A DNA stretch of 64,000 bases, from contig DALZZL010000001.1 in assembly GCA_031987425.1 (NCBI GenBank), forward strand, positions 9,820 to 73,819. Reading direction: 5' to 3'. This document shows positions 46,306 through 54,820 of the stretch, one piece after another. Each line of letters begins with the position of its first letter. Position 1 is the first letter of the stretch. The stretch comes from Stenotrophomonas sp. GTDB taxonomy: Bacteria > Pseudomonadota > Gammaproteobacteria > Xanthomonadales > Xanthomonadaceae. The position numbers were made by a program, and so were the translations under genes. The notes below the pieces were generated by a model. It did no database searches and was not told the origin of the DNA. It was given only the letters and a program-made list of their open reading frames with translations.

Positions 46306-47406
46306 ATGCGTGTCCACCTCCTGCGTTGGTCTTTCCCTGTTCTGATCGTGTTGTTGGTTTCCGCCTGCGGTGGCTCGGACAAGTCGTCCGGGGATGCCGC
46401 CGCCGAGACGTCCGCGCTGGCCGTGAGCGTGGCCCCGGCGCAGACCCAGCAGATGGCGCGTACCGTACTGGTCTCCGGCCCGGTGTCCGCGTTCGAGGAG
46501 ATGCAGCTCGGCGTCGAGCTGAGTGGCCAGCGCGTGACCGCGCTGAAGGTCGATGTGGGCGAGTGGGTCAAGCAGGGGCAGGTGCTGCTCGAACTCGACC
46601 ACCGCACGCTCGACAGCGAACTGGCGCAGGCCGATGCATCGTTGCGACAGGCGCAGACCGCGCAGGAACTGGCCGGCCTGAACTACGAGCGTGGCGCCAA
46701 GCTGGCCACCGAGAAGTTGATCAGCGCCAGCAGCCTGGATGAACTGCGCGCCACCCGCACCGATGCCGAAGCGCAGACCGCCACCGCACGCGCGCGCCGC
46801 GATGCGGCCAAGCTCCAGCGCGACTTCGCCGAACTGCGTGCGCCCGCCGATGGCGTGATCTCCAAGCGCCTCGTGCAGCCGGGGCAGGTGGTGTCCGCCG
46901 GCAGCGAGCTGTTGCGCCTGATCCGCGACAACCGCCTGGAATGGCGCGCGGAACTCTCCGAGGCGCAGCTTGCCGGCGTGGCCGTCGGCAACACCGTGAC
47001 CCTGCCGTATGCCGGCCAGGACATCCTCGGCCGCATCCGCGCGGTCAGCCCGGGCGTCGATTCGCAGACCCGCACCGGCACCATCTACGCGGATCTGCCG
47101 ACGCCCGGTCCGCTCAAGCCGGGGGTCTATGTCGAAGGCCGCATCGTCACCGGCGATGGCCAGGCCTTGACCATCCCCAGTGCCGCGATCGTGCAGCGCG
47201 ATGGCCACAGCTACGTGTTCACCGTCAGCGACAAGCAGCAGGCGCAGCGCAAGCGTGTGCGTACCGGGCAGGTGGCGCAGGGACGCACCGAGATTGTCGA
47301 TGGCCTGAAGGCCGGCGAGCAGGTGGTGGTGGACGGTGCCGGTTTCCTGGGTGAGGGCGATCGCGTGCGCGTGGTCGCCGCGACCGCCAAGGCGGGTGCC
47401 CGATGA
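46306..47406 (+). CDS. RND efflux periplasmic adaptor (membrane fusion protein), lipoprotein
   Basis: 366 aa from MRVHLLRWSFPVLIVLLVSACGG (lipobox LVSAC). Coiled-coil hairpin and beta-barrel motifs (LRAPADGVIS). The stop overlaps the RND start (ATGA). Confidence 0.9.
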   Translation: MRVHLLRWSFPVLIVLLVSACGGSDKSSGDAAAETSALAVSVAPAQTQQMARTVLVSGPVSAFEEMQLGVELSGQRVTALKVDVGEWVKQGQVLLELDHRTLDSELAQADASLRQAQTAQELAGLNYERGAKLATEKLISASSLDELRATRTDAEAQTATARARRDAAKLQRDFAELRAPADGVISKRLVQPGQVVSAGSELLRLIRDNRLEWRAELSEAQLAGVAVGNTVTLPYAGQDILGRIRAVSPGVDSQTRTGTIYADLPTPGPLKPGVYVEGRIVTGDGQALTIPSAAIVQRDGHSYVFTVSDKQQAQRKRVRTGQVAQGRTEIVDGLKAGEQVVVDGAGFLGEGDRVRVVAATAKAGAR

Positions 47407-50400
47407 ATTTCTCCGCCTGGGCGATCAAACGCCCGTTGCCCGCGCTGCTGGTGTTCTTCGTGTTGTGCGTGGCGGGCCTGTGGGGCTTCCATCAACTGCC
47501 GGTCGCGCGTTTCCCGGATATCGCTTTCCCGATGACCACCGTTACCGTCACCCAGCCGGGCGCCTCGCCGAGCCAGCTGGAGGCGGAGGTCACGCGCAAG
47601 GTGGAGGATTCGGTCGCCACCGTGAACAACGTCAAGCGGGTGATGTCCACCGTCAGCGAAGGCGTGAGTACCACCCAGATTGAATTCCAGCTCGAGGCCG
47701 ATCTGGCCACCGCGCTCGACGACACCCGTGATGCGGTCACCCGCATCCGCACCGACCTGCCGCAGGACATCCAGGAGCCGGTGATCTCCAAGGTCGATAT
47801 CGGCGGCTCGCTGATGACCTATGCGCTGGTGGCGCCGGGCATGACCGCCGACGAGGCCAGCTGGTTCGTCGACCGCGATGTCTCTCGGGCGATGTACGGC
47901 GTGCCCGGCGTGGCGCGCGTCACCCGCGTGGGCGGCGTGCAGCGCCAGGTGCGGGTGGACCTGGACCCTAATGCGCTGCTGGCCTTCGGCATCACCGCCG
48001 GAGCCGTATCGCAGCAGCTGGCGCAGATCCAGGTGGAGCGCGCTGGTGGCAAGGCCGAACTGGAGGGCGCGCAGCAGACCATCCGCACGCTGGGTACGGT
48101 GGGCGATGCGCAGGCGTTGCGGGACTATTCGATCAGCCTGCCCGACGGCCGCGCGGTGCGCCTATCCAACCTGGCGCATGTGACCGATGCCGCCGCCGAC
48201 CCGGCCGAAGCGGCGCTGCTCGACGGCAAGGACGTGGTGGCGTTCTCGATGTCGCGCACGCGCGGCTCCAGCGAGGTGAAGGTGGAAGCGGGCGTGCACG
48301 AGGCGCTGGACAACCTCAAGGCCGCGCATCCGGGTATCGACTTCCGCCTGGTGACCACCGCCATCGATGAAACCCATCGCTCCTACGACTCGTCGATGAC
48401 GATGCTCTATGAAGGTGCGCTGCTGGCGTTGCTGGTGGTGTGGCTGTTCCTGCGCGACTGGCGGGCCACCTGGGTGTCGGCCTTGGTGCTGCCGTTGTCG
48501 ATCATCCCGACGTTCGCGGTGATGTACTGGTTCGGCTTCACCCTGAACATGATCACGCTGCTGGCGTTGTCGGTGGTGGTAGGCATCCTGGTCGACGATG
48601 CGATCGTGGAGATCGAGAACATCGTCCGCCACCTGCGCATGGGTAAGCCTCCGCTGGAAGCGGCGCGCGAAGCGGCCGGCGAGATCGGCAATGCGGTGAT
48701 CGCCACCTCGCTGACGCTGGCGGCGGTATTCGTGCCGGTGGCGTTCATGCCGGGCATCGCCGGCAAGTTCTTCCGGGAGTTCGGCTGGACCGCGGCCACC
48801 GCCGTGCTGTTCTCGCTGCTGGTGGCACGTCTGCTGACGCCGATGATGGCCGCCTACATCCTCAAGCCGCACGGCGAGGAGAAGGGCGACTCGCGCCTGA
48901 TGCGCTGGTACCTGGGCTGGGTGGACGCGGCGCTGCGCCATCGTGGGCGCACGTTGTGGATCGCCACGGGCCTGTTCGTCGCCTCGGTGGGGCTGGTGCC
49001 CTTCATTCCCAAGACCTTCATTCCGCAATCGGACCTGGGCCGCAGCAATCTGAGCCTGGAGTTGCCGCCCGGCACGCGCCTGCAGGAGACGGTGGCGGTT
49101 TCCGAGCACGCGCGTGCGCTGCTGAAGGACATGCCCGAGCTCAAGCAGGTCTATACCGCGGTGGGCAGCGTGCTCGATCTGGGTGATCCCTCCACCACGG
49201 GCGTGGCGGATGCGCGCAAGGCGACGCTGATCCTGGACTGGGGCGTGGCCGACACCCGCAAGCGTGACCAGCGTGAACTAGAGCGCGATGCGCGTGCGCG
49301 ACTGGCGGATCTGCCGGGCGTGCGCGTGAGCTATGTGAGTTCCGAGCCGGGCAACCTGCTGCAGCTGGTGCTGTCGGGAGACGATCCGCAGCGGCTGCAG
49401 GACGCCTCCACCGCACTCGAACGCGACCTGCGCGGCATCCAGGGACTGGGTAGCGTGACGTCCACCGCCTCGCTGCTGCGGCCGGAAATCCAGATCGTCC
49501 CCAATTCGGCGCGTGCCGCCGACCTGGGCGTGGCCACGGCGGACATTGCCGAAGCCGCACGCATCGCCACCGCGGGCGACTACGAGCAGCGGCTGGCCAA
49601 GCTCAACCTGCCGGATCGTCAGGTGCCCATCCGGGTCGGTTTCGCCGAGGCGACGCTGGCCAACCCGGCGTTGATCGGGCAGCTGCGGGTGCCCGGGCGA
49701 TACGGCCCGGTGCCGTTGTCGGCGGTGGCGGACATCGACATGGGCAGCGGCCCGTCGCAGATCTCGCGCTACCAGCGCCAGCGTAATGTCACCTTGACCG
49801 CCGAGCTCAACGGGCGGCCGCTGGGCGATGTGATGAAGCAGGTGCAGGAGCTGCCGAGCGTGAAGCACCTGCCGCCCGGCGTGAGCTTCCTCAATACCGG
49901 CGACGCGGAAGTCTTCGTCGAGCTGTTCATCGGCTTCCTGCTGGCGATGGCCGCCGGCCTGGTGTGCATCTACATGGTGCTGTTGCTGCTGTTCAACCAT
50001 GCGCTGATGCCGGTGACCATCCTGGCGGCGGTGCCGCTGTGCGCGGGGGGTGCGTTCGGCGCGCTGCTGCTGACCCAGAACATGTTGTCGTTGCCCGCGC
50101 TGATCGGCCTGCTGATGCTGATCGGCATCGCCACCAAGAACTCGATCCTGCTGGTGGACTATGCGGTGATCGCCGAGGACGAGCATGGGCTGAGCCAGCA
50201 CGATGCCTTGGTGGACGCCTGCCGCAAGCGCGCGCAGCCGATCATCATGACCACGCTGGCCATGGGCGCGGGCATGATGCCGATCGCGCTGGGCTTCGCG
50301 GGCGACTCCAGCTTCCGTGCGCCGATGGCGATCGCGGTGATTGGCGGCCTGATCACCTCCACGCTGCTGAGCCTGATCGTGATCCCGGCGGCGTTCACGG

Positions 50401-50486
50401 TGGTGGACGACCTGGGTGAATGGGTGTCGCGGAAGTTCCGCCACCGCTCGTCGCATCCGCACGGTGTGGTCGACGGCCAGAGCTGA
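47403..50486 (+). CDS. RND efflux pump inner-membrane transporter (AcrB/HAE family)
   Basis: 1027 aa. N-terminus MNFSAWAIKRPLPALLVFFVL. Two large periplasmic loops and 12 TM helices. Conserved VGILVDDAIVEIENI motif. Confidence 0.93.
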   Translation: MNFSAWAIKRPLPALLVFFVLCVAGLWGFHQLPVARFPDIAFPMTTVTVTQPGASPSQLEAEVTRKVEDSVATVNNVKRVMSTVSEGVSTTQIEFQLEADLATALDDTRDAVTRIRTDLPQDIQEPVISKVDIGGSLMTYALVAPGMTADEASWFVDRDVSRAMYGVPGVARVTRVGGVQRQVRVDLDPNALLAFGITAGAVSQQLAQIQVERAGGKAELEGAQQTIRTLGTVGDAQALRDYSISLPDGRAVRLSNLAHVTDAAADPAEAALLDGKDVVAFSMSRTRGSSEVKVEAGVHEALDNLKAAHPGIDFRLVTTAIDETHRSYDSSMTMLYEGALLALLVVWLFLRDWRATWVSALVLPLSIIPTFAVMYWFGFTLNMITLLALSVVVGILVDDAIVEIENIVRHLRMGKPPLEAAREAAGEIGNAVIATSLTLAAVFVPVAFMPGIAGKFFREFGWTAATAVLFSLLVARLLTPMMAAYILKPHGEEKGDSRLMRWYLGWVDAALRHRGRTLWIATGLFVASVGLVPFIPKTFIPQSDLGRSNLSLELPPGTRLQETVAVSEHARALLKDMPELKQVYTAVGSVLDLGDPSTTGVADARKATLILDWGVADTRKRDQRELERDARARLADLPGVRVSYVSSEPGNLLQLVLSGDDPQRLQDASTALERDLRGIQGLGSVTSTASLLRPEIQIVPNSARAADLGVATADIAEAARIATAGDYEQRLAKLNLPDRQVPIRVGFAEATLANPALIGQLRVPGRYGPVPLSAVADIDMGSGPSQISRYQRQRNVTLTAELNGRPLGDVMKQVQELPSVKHLPPGVSFLNTGDAEVFVELFIGFLLAMAAGLVCIYMVLLLLFNHALMPVTILAAVPLCAGGAFGALLLTQNMLSLPALIGLLMLIGIATKNSILLVDYAVIAEDEHGLSQHDALVDACRKRAQPIIMTTLAMGAGMMPIALGFAGDSSFRAPMAIAVIGGLITSTLLSLIVIPAAFTVVDDLGEWVSRKFRHRSSHPHGVVDGQS

Positions 50487-50496
50487 CTCGGTGGGA

Positions 50497-50526
50497 CCAT
50501 CGCCACCCGGGGCAGGGTGGCGATGG
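50497..50526 (+). terminator. Stem-loop downstream of the RND gene
   Basis: CCATCGCCACC-cggggcag-GGTGGCGATGG is an 11-bp perfect stem 11 nt after the stop. No T-tract, as is common in high-GC genomes. Confidence 0.5.
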
Positions 50527-50624
50527 ACTCTCAGTAGAAATACCGCAATCAGTCCGGAAAGGTTACTGACGCCAGCGAAGCATCGAAGGCACAAGCTCTA
50601 CCCACCCTTCCGGTGGAGCGTGCC

Positions 50625-52127
50625 ATGCCTGCTGCAAAGAAGCCCAACATCCTGGTCATCTTCGGTGATGACATTGGTATTCCCCAGATCAGCGCCTATA
50701 CGCGCGGGCTGATGGGTTACCAGACCCCGAACATCGACCGCATTGCCAACGAAGGTGCGTTGTTCACCGATTCCTATGGCCAGCAGAGCTGCACCGCCGG
50801 CCGTGCCTCGTTCATTCTGGGCCAGGAGCCTTTCCGCACCGGCCTGCTGACGATCGGCATGCCGGGCGACCCGCACGGCATCGCCGACTGGATGCCGACG
50901 ATTGCCGACGTGCTCAAGACCGCCGGCTATGCGACCGGGCAGTTCGGCAAGAACCACCTGGGTGACCAGGACCAGCACTTGCCGACCAATCACGGATTCG
51001 ACGAATTCTTCGGCAACCTGTACCACCTCAACGCGGAAGAAGAGCCGGAAGGCTACTTCTATCCGAAAGACCCCGCGTTCAAGAAGAAATACGGCCCGCG
51101 TGGCGTGATCCATTCGCATGCTGGTGGCAAGATCGAAGACACCGGCCCGCTCAACAAGAAGCGCATGCCGACCGTGGACGAGGAGTTCCTGGGCGCGGCG
51201 CAGAAGTTCATCGACAAGAGCGTGAAGGACGACAATCCGTTCTTCGTCTGGTTCAACACCACGCGCATGCACGTGTTCACCCACCTCAAGCCGGAGTCGG
51301 ACGGCGTCACCGGCAAGGGTCTGCATGCCGACGGCATGGTGGAACACGATGGACATGTGGGCCAGCTGCTGGACCAGCTCGACAAGCTGGGCGTCGCCGA
51401 CAACACCATCGTGCTGTACACCACCGATAACGGCGCCGAGATCGCGCTGTGGCCGGATGGCGCGATGACGCCGTTCCGCGGCGAGAAGGGTACGACCTGG
51501 GAAGGCGGCATGCGCATCCCGATGATGGCGCGCTGGCCGGGCGTGATCAAACCGGGCACGGCCTACAACGACATCATCTCGCTGATCGACTGGTTCCCGA
51601 CCCTGTGCGCGGCAGCGGGCGTGGATGATGTCGTGGGCAAGATGAGGAAGGGGTTCAAAGCCGGCGGCAAGACCTTCAAGGTACACCTGGATGGCCATGA
51701 CTTCGGGCCGTATTTCCATGGCAAGGACAAGGAAGGTCCGCGCAAGGCGCTGTATTACTTCGACCAGGGCGGCAACCTCAATGCGGTGCGCTACGCGGAC
51801 TGGAAGGTCAGTTTCGCGGTCGCCAGCCACGGCAACATCGCCACCGCCACGCGCTCGGTTCCCGCATGGGCCACGGTCACGAATCTACGCATGGATCCGT
51901 ATGAGCGCGGCCTGGAGGAGGGGGGCGAGGCGATGCGGTTCGTCGGCCAGCAGATGTGGATCCTCGTGCCCATCCAAGGGCTCATCAAGGAGTTCTTCTC
52001 TGACTTTGGCGACTATCCGTACCAGGCTGGCAGCTCGCTCAATGCCGCGGGTATCAACTATGGCCTGCTGCAGCAGCAGGACGCGATGAAGCGGCTGAAG
52101 GAACTGGAGACGATGCGGACCAACTGA
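50625..52127 (+). CDS. Arylsulfatase (type I sulfatase family), no signal peptide
   Basis: 500 aa from MPAAKKPNILVIFGDDIG. Active-site region QQSCTAGRASFILG (C-x-A-x-R rather than C-x-P-x-R). Motifs GQFGKNHLGD and YTTDNGAE. GGTGGAG lies 6 nt upstream of the ATG at 50625. Confidence 0.88.
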   Translation: MPAAKKPNILVIFGDDIGIPQISAYTRGLMGYQTPNIDRIANEGALFTDSYGQQSCTAGRASFILGQEPFRTGLLTIGMPGDPHGIADWMPTIADVLKTAGYATGQFGKNHLGDQDQHLPTNHGFDEFFGNLYHLNAEEEPEGYFYPKDPAFKKKYGPRGVIHSHAGGKIEDTGPLNKKRMPTVDEEFLGAAQKFIDKSVKDDNPFFVWFNTTRMHVFTHLKPESDGVTGKGLHADGMVEHDGHVGQLLDQLDKLGVADNTIVLYTTDNGAEIALWPDGAMTPFRGEKGTTWEGGMRIPMMARWPGVIKPGTAYNDIISLIDWFPTLCAAAGVDDVVGKMRKGFKAGGKTFKVHLDGHDFGPYFHGKDKEGPRKALYYFDQGGNLNAVRYADWKVSFAVASHGNIATATRSVPAWATVTNLRMDPYERGLEEGGEAMRFVGQQMWILVPIQGLIKEFFSDFGDYPYQAGSSLNAAGINYGLLQQQDAMKRLKELETMRTN

Positions 52128-52139
52128 GCCGCAGCGAGG

Positions 52140-52173
52140 CTGCCCCGCGCTTGATCGATCAGGCGCGGGGCAG
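52140..52173. terminator. Stem-loop between the convergent sulfatase and marC genes
   Basis: CTGCCCCGCGC-ttgatcgatcag-GCGCGGGGCAG is an 11-bp perfect stem. The right arm overlaps the last marC codons. Confidence 0.4.
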
Positions 52174-52833
52174 GGTGGCGATCAGTTCCGATATGCCGAG
52201 CCAGCCGATCTGTACGCCGATGCACAGGATTACGAACGCCAGCAGCCGCAGCGTGACCTGGGTGCCGGTGTTGCCGAGCACGCGCCGTAGCCGCCAGGCA
52301 TGACGCATGCACAGGTAGATCAGCACGCATAGTGCAAGCAGTGCGGTGCCCGCCGCGGCGATGTGAACGGGTAGCGGGCCTTCCCGCGGCGAGCTGGTAC
52401 CCAAGGCGATCGCCACCGCGATGGAGCCGGGGCCGACGGTGATCGGCAAGGTCAGCGGATAGAACAGCTGCGAACGCAGCGATTCCTCTTCGGCATCGGA
52501 CGCGGCCTCGGCCACGCCGGCGGCGACGCTGTGGTCGATCTGCGCCGGGGCATTGAGCAGCTTCCAGCCGGTGGCGGCGATCACCGCGCCACCGGCCAGG
52601 CGCAGCACCGGGATCGAGATGCCGAAGAACGACAGCACGTAGGCGCCGATGCCGATTGAGGCGGCCAGCATCAGCAGGCTGTTGAGGGCGATGCCCCGGG
52701 CCAGCCAGGCGCGCTGGCGTGGGCTGGCATCCGGCACCAGGCCGAGCACGATCAAGGCCGAGCCGGGCGGGTTCACGACCGGCAACAGGCCGGTGAAGAC
52801 CAGCAGGAAGATCTGGGTGAAGTCATTCCACAT
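52159..52833 (-). CDS. MarC-family (UPF0056) integral membrane protein
   Basis: 224 aa from MWNDFTQIFLLVFTGLLPVVNPPGSA, a typical MarC N-terminus. 6 TM helices. ATG at 52831-52833 is preceded by GGAGG. The track ORF is over-extended to 53181. Confidence 0.88.
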   Translation of the reverse strand: MWNDFTQIFLLVFTGLLPVVNPPGSALIVLGLVPDASPRQRAWLARGIALNSLLMLAASIGIGAYVLSFFGISIPVLRLAGGAVIAATGWKLLNAPAQIDHSVAAGVAEAASDAEEESLRSQLFYPLTLPITVGPGSIAVAIALGTSSPREGPLPVHIAAAGTALLALCVLIYLCMRHAWRLRRVLGNTGTQVTLRLLAFVILCIGVQIGWLGISELIATLPRA

Positions 52834-53185
52834 AGCGCCTCCGTGGCGGTTGCGTGCCACGCTTTGAGGTTGGGGAGCGTATGCGATCAGGGTAGGGTGG
52901 ATGGGGCTGCCCTGCCATTGATGAGCCTGGATCGTAGGCGCTCCGTGCCGTCCCCGTGTTTCAATGTGGGGTTGTGCGAGGGCTGCGCGCCATCGGCTAT
53001 ACGCCGACTTGTCGGTAGGGCCACGCCATCCTGAACGAGACGTATCATGGGGAGAGTCCGCCATAAAGCGAGCAGTGGATAGGGGGACGGAATTCGACTT
53101 CGCCTCGCACTGGATATCCGAGCCGGTTGGCTTTTTTTGGGCGGATTCCGAATAAGATGTCAATAATTCGCATGGAGGCAAAAAG

Positions 53186-53659
53186 GTGATTCAAAAGACC
53201 CGGTGTCCAGTAGCAGCATCCGTCTTCGTAAGCATCTTGTTAGTCGCGGGCTGTGGTCGAAATCCTGCTGAGCTGGAACCAGCCGACAGCCAGCAATCCA
53301 CCAAGAAAAAGCTGGAGATCATTGAGGTTGTGGCACGACCGGTCGGCGGGTCAGGCGACTTGTCGCTACGCCCAGCGTTTCCCGGCGATGTTGTTGAGAT
53401 CGCGATAAAGTCCAGAGGGCACACGGCCGCCGCGGATTTGTCCGTCAAGATGATCTCGCTCGCCGAAGGTGTCGCGGTGGCTACGCGGGATGTTCGCTTG
53501 AATGCCACCAGTGCGGCTACGCCCAGCGTTCGTTTCGAGCCATCTCCCGAGTGGAAACCCGGCCGCTATCTATTTGAGATCAGCTTGGACGGAAAGCTCG
53601 CGGGTACGCAAGAAATCGAGATATTCCCTGTTGAGATGGCGGAGCACGCAAAGCCTTGA
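53186..53659 (+). CDS. Hypothetical lipoprotein (beta-sandwich-like)
   Basis: 157 aa starting at a GTG at 53186, with GGAGG 7 nt upstream. Lipobox LLVAGC. No family recognised. Lies in the low-GC block. Confidence 0.6.
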   Translation: MIQKTRCPVAASVFVSILLVAGCGRNPAELEPADSQQSTKKKLEIIEVVARPVGGSGDLSLRPAFPGDVVEIAIKSRGHTAAADLSVKMISLAEGVAVATRDVRLNATSAATPSVRFEPSPEWKPGRYLFEISLDGKLAGTQEIEIFPVEMAEHAKP

Positions 53660-53673
53660 TGTCGGTCGCTCGA

Positions 53674-54699
53674 TCAAGGGCTGTCCAGTGTGCGCAGAAA
53701 AGCCGAAAGCTGATGTTGTTCTTCAACCGTTAACTTGATGGGCTGGCCACTGGCCAGCCCGCGGTAGTAGAGCTCGTGTTCGATAGCGGCTTCGAGCGTA
53801 GCTATGCTTCCATCATGCATATATGGCGCAGTGCGCCCTACATTGCGCAGGCTGGGAGTGCGGAACGCTCCAAGATCCTGTGGCGTTGAGGTGACCGCGA
53901 AGCGACCTAACTCTGCAATGTCCGGGTCCGCAAGGATGACGCGTCCGATGGGATCGCCTCCGGCGCGTGCTGCCTCAAGCCTTTGCTGCAGGTTCCTTAT
54001 ATTTCCGGCGATCTTCTCGAAGCCCACACTGGCGTGATGGAATTGGCCATCCGTGAATGCAGGACGTTTGCCTGATATGAGATGGCAGCTGCTGCATTGT
54101 GCCTTGCCGAGGAATAGCTGCAGCCCGCGCTGTGCCTTGCCGTCGAGTGAGCCGTAGTCCTTTCGTGCATATGCTTGATCAAACGCGCTTTCCCCCGTGT
54201 TAAGGGCCTTCAGATAGCTCGCAAGTGCGGCGGCGACCTCTGCTTCATCGATCCGTTTACCGAAGGCGGCGCGATACTCAGATTGCGCGCCGATTCGTGC
54301 TAGCACGGACTTCATGCTGTCGTGGCCCATCTCTCGCGGATTGATGAAGGGCTGCATGACAGCTGCGTCAAGGGTGCTTTCGCGCCCATCCCAAAATTGG
54401 GGGCCGTTTGCCGACACTCCTAGCAGACTCGGTGCATTGCGTGTCCCTGAGCGATTAAAGGCCCCCACGGACACCGGACGACCATCCGTGAAGGCAAGCC
54501 TGGAAATGTGACAGCTCGCACAACTAGTTTGGCCGTCAGCCCCCAATCGTGGGTCGTTGAAAAGCTGTGCGCCAACCTGGACACGCGCTTCCGTTCGCGC
54601 ATCCGGCCACTGGGCGCCACGTTCGCATGAAACTAGCGGCAGCAAGAACAACCCAATACCCGCGAATTTTGCAGCGATAGTTCCAATCCCTAGTTGCAT
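53674..54699 (-). CDS. Di-haem cytochrome c peroxidase (CCP/MauG family), lipoprotein
   Basis: 341 aa from MQLGIGTIAAKFAGIGLFLLPLVSC (lipobox). Two CxxCH haem motifs (CASCH, CSSCH). FWDGRESTLD and PSLRNV...PYMHDGS motifs. ATG at 54697-54699. The track start at 54801 is less likely. Confidence 0.86.
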   Translation of the reverse strand: MQLGIGTIAAKFAGIGLFLLPLVSCERGAQWPDARTEARVQVGAQLFNDPRLGADGQTSCASCHISRLAFTDGRPVSVGAFNRSGTRNAPSLLGVSANGPQFWDGRESTLDAAVMQPFINPREMGHDSMKSVLARIGAQSEYRAAFGKRIDEAEVAAALASYLKALNTGESAFDQAYARKDYGSLDGKAQRGLQLFLGKAQCSSCHLISGKRPAFTDGQFHHASVGFEKIAGNIRNLQQRLEAARAGGDPIGRVILADPDIAELGRFAVTSTPQDLGAFRTPSLRNVGRTAPYMHDGSIATLEAAIEHELYYRGLASGQPIKLTVEEQHQLSAFLRTLDSP

Positions 54700-54820
54700 T
54701 TTTCCGTCTGCCTTGACAGCACCCCTGGGCGAACTGTAAATCGTCGGGCTTGGATGCGCCACGCTGGCGCCAGCGTTCCACGGAGCGGCCATGGGCCGCA
54801 TGGCTCAGGGGTGAGCTGCT

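Noticed and set aside
52834-53185. Looked for a tRNA/tmRNA gene, integrase or att-type direct repeat at the left edge of the low-GC block. Also considered a small RNA ending at the T7 run near 53135-53141.
   Set aside because: No T-arm (GGTTCGAATCC-like) or acceptor-stem structure was found. The stem before the T run is only about 4 bp. No integrase ORF is present. Evidence is insufficient for any RNA gene or attachment-site call.
54700-54801. Longer start (54801, MRPMAAPW...) for the cytochrome c peroxidase gene.
   Set aside because: It would leave only 19 nt to the divergent giant gene and adds a non-signal-like extension. The ATG at 54699 gives a clean lipoprotein signal peptide with a lipobox.
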